Shown: positions 35,221-38,002 of the stretch, one piece after another
Layout of the letters: each line of letters starts with the position of its first letter
Position numbering within the stretch: the first letter of the stretch is position 1
DNA from: Octopus bimaculoides
Taxonomy: Eukaryota
DNA: 38,002 nt
Direction of reading: 5' to 3'
Assembly (NCBI RefSeq): GCF_001194135.2
Contig: NC_068985.1
Span: 38,012,602-38,050,603, forward strand
The notes under the pieces: generated by a model
Databases searched by the model: none
Seen by the model: only the letters and a program-made list of their open reading frames with translations
What the model was told of the DNA's origin: nothing
Made by a program: the position numbers and the translations under genes

Positions 35221-35476
35221 AGAGAGACTGAGACAGAGAAAGAGAGAGAAGCAGATTTCGGTTTAATAATCCTTCTCAGTGTTTTATAGATCCTCATTGT
35301 GTTCTCTTGACACATGGTATTGCAAAAATATAAATAGATTAGAATTAAAAAAAAAAAACTAAAAAGAAAAAAGACCAGAGAAAGAAATTGGCTGACTAGT
35401 TGGTATCTGTTGCTGTGCATTTTGATTGTTACAGATTGACCCTAAAGATTGTTGAATAACGGATCGTACACAGAAC

Positions 35477-35862
35477 GTTGTTGTTGTTGGCACTCCGTCG
35501 CTTACGACGTCGAGGGTTCCAGTTGATCCGATCAACGCAACAGCCTGCTCGAGAAATTAACGTGCAAGTGGCTGAGCACTCCACAGACACGTGTACCCTT
35601 AACGTAGTTCTCGGAGATATTCAGCGTGACACAGTGTGACAAGGCTGGCCCTTTGAATTACAGGCACAACAGGAACAGGAAGTAAGAGTGAGAGAAAGTT
35701 GTGAAAGAGTACAGCAGGGTTCACCACCATCCCCTGCCGGAGCCTCGTGGAGCTTTAGGTGTTTTCGCTCAATAAACACTCACAACGCTCGGTCTGGAAA
35801 TCGAAACCGCGATCTTATGACCGCGAGACCACTGCCCTAACCACTGGGCCATTGCGCCTCCA
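35477..35862 (-). mobile_element. SINE family C, full length, about 11-bp TSD
   Basis: Highly similar to 5325-5716; TSD acacagaacgt 35468-35478 and acacagagcgt 35864-35874 (one mismatch). Confidence 0.92.
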
Positions 35863-36294
35863 CACACAGAGCGTAAACTAGCGGAAAAATTAAACAACGA
35901 GCAGATTTTAATTCAGATTAATTACATGATGTCTTACCCGTAAATGAGCGTGGTTCTTTCATTTAGAAATGCAGTTAGTTTGAAAGAGGAAAATGAATGA
36001 GTCTTTACCACCCTATGGATCATAAACATCTAACTGATAATTAGATCGCATCCTTGATGTGCTAGGTAGAATAAGAGAAAGATTGATGGATATTATCGTT
36101 TTACAGTTAAGCCAATTAGGAAATATAGGAACCAACAAGCAGTTACTTCACCTGTTAGAAACAACAGCAACGCCAACACTGTTGTATTACATCAGTGTAT
36201 GTCCAATTATCTGTTTGGACTACAGTTTTAAGATATTCTGTAAAGAAGCAATGTTAACTGATATATATACTAAGTATACATATATATTGTAAAT

Positions 36295-36310
36295 CTATGT
36301 ATACATATAT

Positions 36311-36364
<54 letters not shown>

Positions 36365-36558
36365 AAGACGGTGAGCCAAGTAAAAGAATTCCAAATCCAT
36401 TCAAAACGCTTTGGTCGGCCCGAGCCTTTAGTGGGAGACACTCGCTCAAGGTGCAACACAGTGGGACGGAACCCAGAACCATATTGTTGGGAAGTAAACT
36501 TGTTACCATATACTCACGATTGAGCCCATATATTGCATATTTATATTTATGTACGCAC

Positions 36559-36598
<40 letters not shown>

Positions 36599-36759
36599 NN
36601 NNNNNNNNNNNNNNNNNNNNNNNNNNNNNNNNNNNNNNNNNNNNNNNNNNNNNNNNNNNNNNNNNNNNNNNNNNNNNNNNNNNNNNNNNNNNNNNNNNNN
36701 NNNNNNNNNNNNNNNNNNNNNNNNNNNNNNNNNNNNNNNNNNNCTATGTATACATATAT

Positions 36760-36813
<54 letters not shown>

Positions 36814-37007
36814 AAGACGGTGAGCCAAGTAAAAGAATTCCAAATCCATTCAAAACGCTTTGGTCGGCCCGAGCCTTTAGTGGGAGACACTCGCTCAAGG
36901 TGCAACACAGTGGGACGGAACCCAGAACCATATTGTTGGGAAGTAAACTTGTTACCATATACTCACGATTGAGCCCATATATTGCATATTTATATTTATG
37001 TACGCAC

Positions 37008-37047
<40 letters not shown>
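36295..37047 (+). other. Identical 304-bp blocks (36295-36598, 36744-37047) on either side of gap 36599-36743; probable assembly duplication
   Basis: Offset 449 bp; I see no differences, including the (CA)n length. Confidence 0.85.
36391..36520 (-). mobile_element. 5' half of a family-A SINE (repeated at 36840-36969)
   Basis: ccaaatccattc...ctttggtcggcccgag...caaggtgc...gggacggaacccagaacc matches 6402-6492. Confidence 0.8.
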
Positions 37048-37081
<34 letters not shown>

Positions 37082-37685
37082 ATACTATATGTATGCATAC
37101 ACACAAATACGCGCTCACACACACACTCACATATACAGACACACAGAAACATTTATAAATGTACATTATATTAAACACACCAATGGTTTCATTGATATGG
37201 GTTATATACTATTTGTTCTATAGAAACGTGCAACTCCATACTTTCCTTTATTTAATTTGTATTTGTTTTCTCTTTGAGATTTGATCACTATTTTATTTTT
37301 TTAAAAATTGCATAACGTTCTTAGACAACAGATTTCCTGGCATTTTCAATCTTGTATTCTTGTGTTAAACTGTAAGACGTGATCGTTTGAATGAATGAAG
37401 CTGATGAAAATAAAAATGCTTAAATATTTCTCAAAGCTCTACACGCAAGAACGAAATTGTAAAATTAAAGCAAAATAATAACAAACATTGAATATTAAAA
37501 TAAAATAATAACAGTTAATCAAATATTTTAGTAGAAAGAAATCCGCCACACCACCAAAGTTTGACTATTCTAAATTAAACATTGCTAACGCTTTTCACTG
37601 ATTCTTTTTTAGAACTTGTTCTTCGTACCATTACAGCGTTCTCACATAAGCAAACGCACGTAGAGATGCTTACATCAGATGAGAA

Positions 37686-37968
37686 TGTGTGTGCGTGTGC
37701 GTGTGCGTGTGTGTGTATGCGCGGGTGTGGGTGTTTGTGTATTTGTATATATATAACGCCCATATAATATTATATATTTCAATATGTACATATGCATTTG
37801 CACATATACCTGTGCGAGTAAATGTATACATTTAAATATTGTATGCACATAAATGTGTTCATAGAGATACCTATACGCAACACACACAGACACACGCACA
37901 TACACACAAATGTATATGAGCATGCATGTATATGTAGGTATGAATATACAAACATACACATGCATATG

Positions 37969-38002
<34 letters not shown>
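37686..38002. repeat. Low-complexity GT/TA/CA tract ending in (TA)n
   Basis: Direct reading. Confidence 0.9.

Noticed and set aside
36295-37047. Real tandem duplication
   Set aside because: The blocks appear identical and sit directly on both sides of a gap, typical of unmerged contig overlap; the same applies to 1218-1400 versus 1411 onward.

Overview
AT-rich, repeat-dense eukaryotic DNA from a draft assembly with six N-gaps. The SINE repertoire resembles octopus (coleoid cephalopod) genomic DNA as I recall it; this is not verified. No intact protein-coding gene is supported, and most ORFs in the supplied track are microsatellite or N-gap artefacts. The window looks intronic or intergenic. 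It holds at least three families of tRNA-derived SINEs (several with target-site duplications), a decayed CR1/L2-type LINE 3' end (11510-12020), a decayed RTE-type LINE (about 19300-20500), a 0.5-kb element inside an (ATT)n tract, many microsatellites and a few splice-competent non-coding exon candidates. The most interesting signal is a set of degenerate minimal type-I hammerhead-ribozyme motifs (CUGANGA - stem II - GAAA - palindrome - UH) of the Penelope/retrozyme kind. The best is at 19006-19053 inside a mini-element bounded by (TA)n. Other notable points are a SINE flanked by a 90-bp duplication and a 3' tail shared between that SINE and the CR1 fragment.
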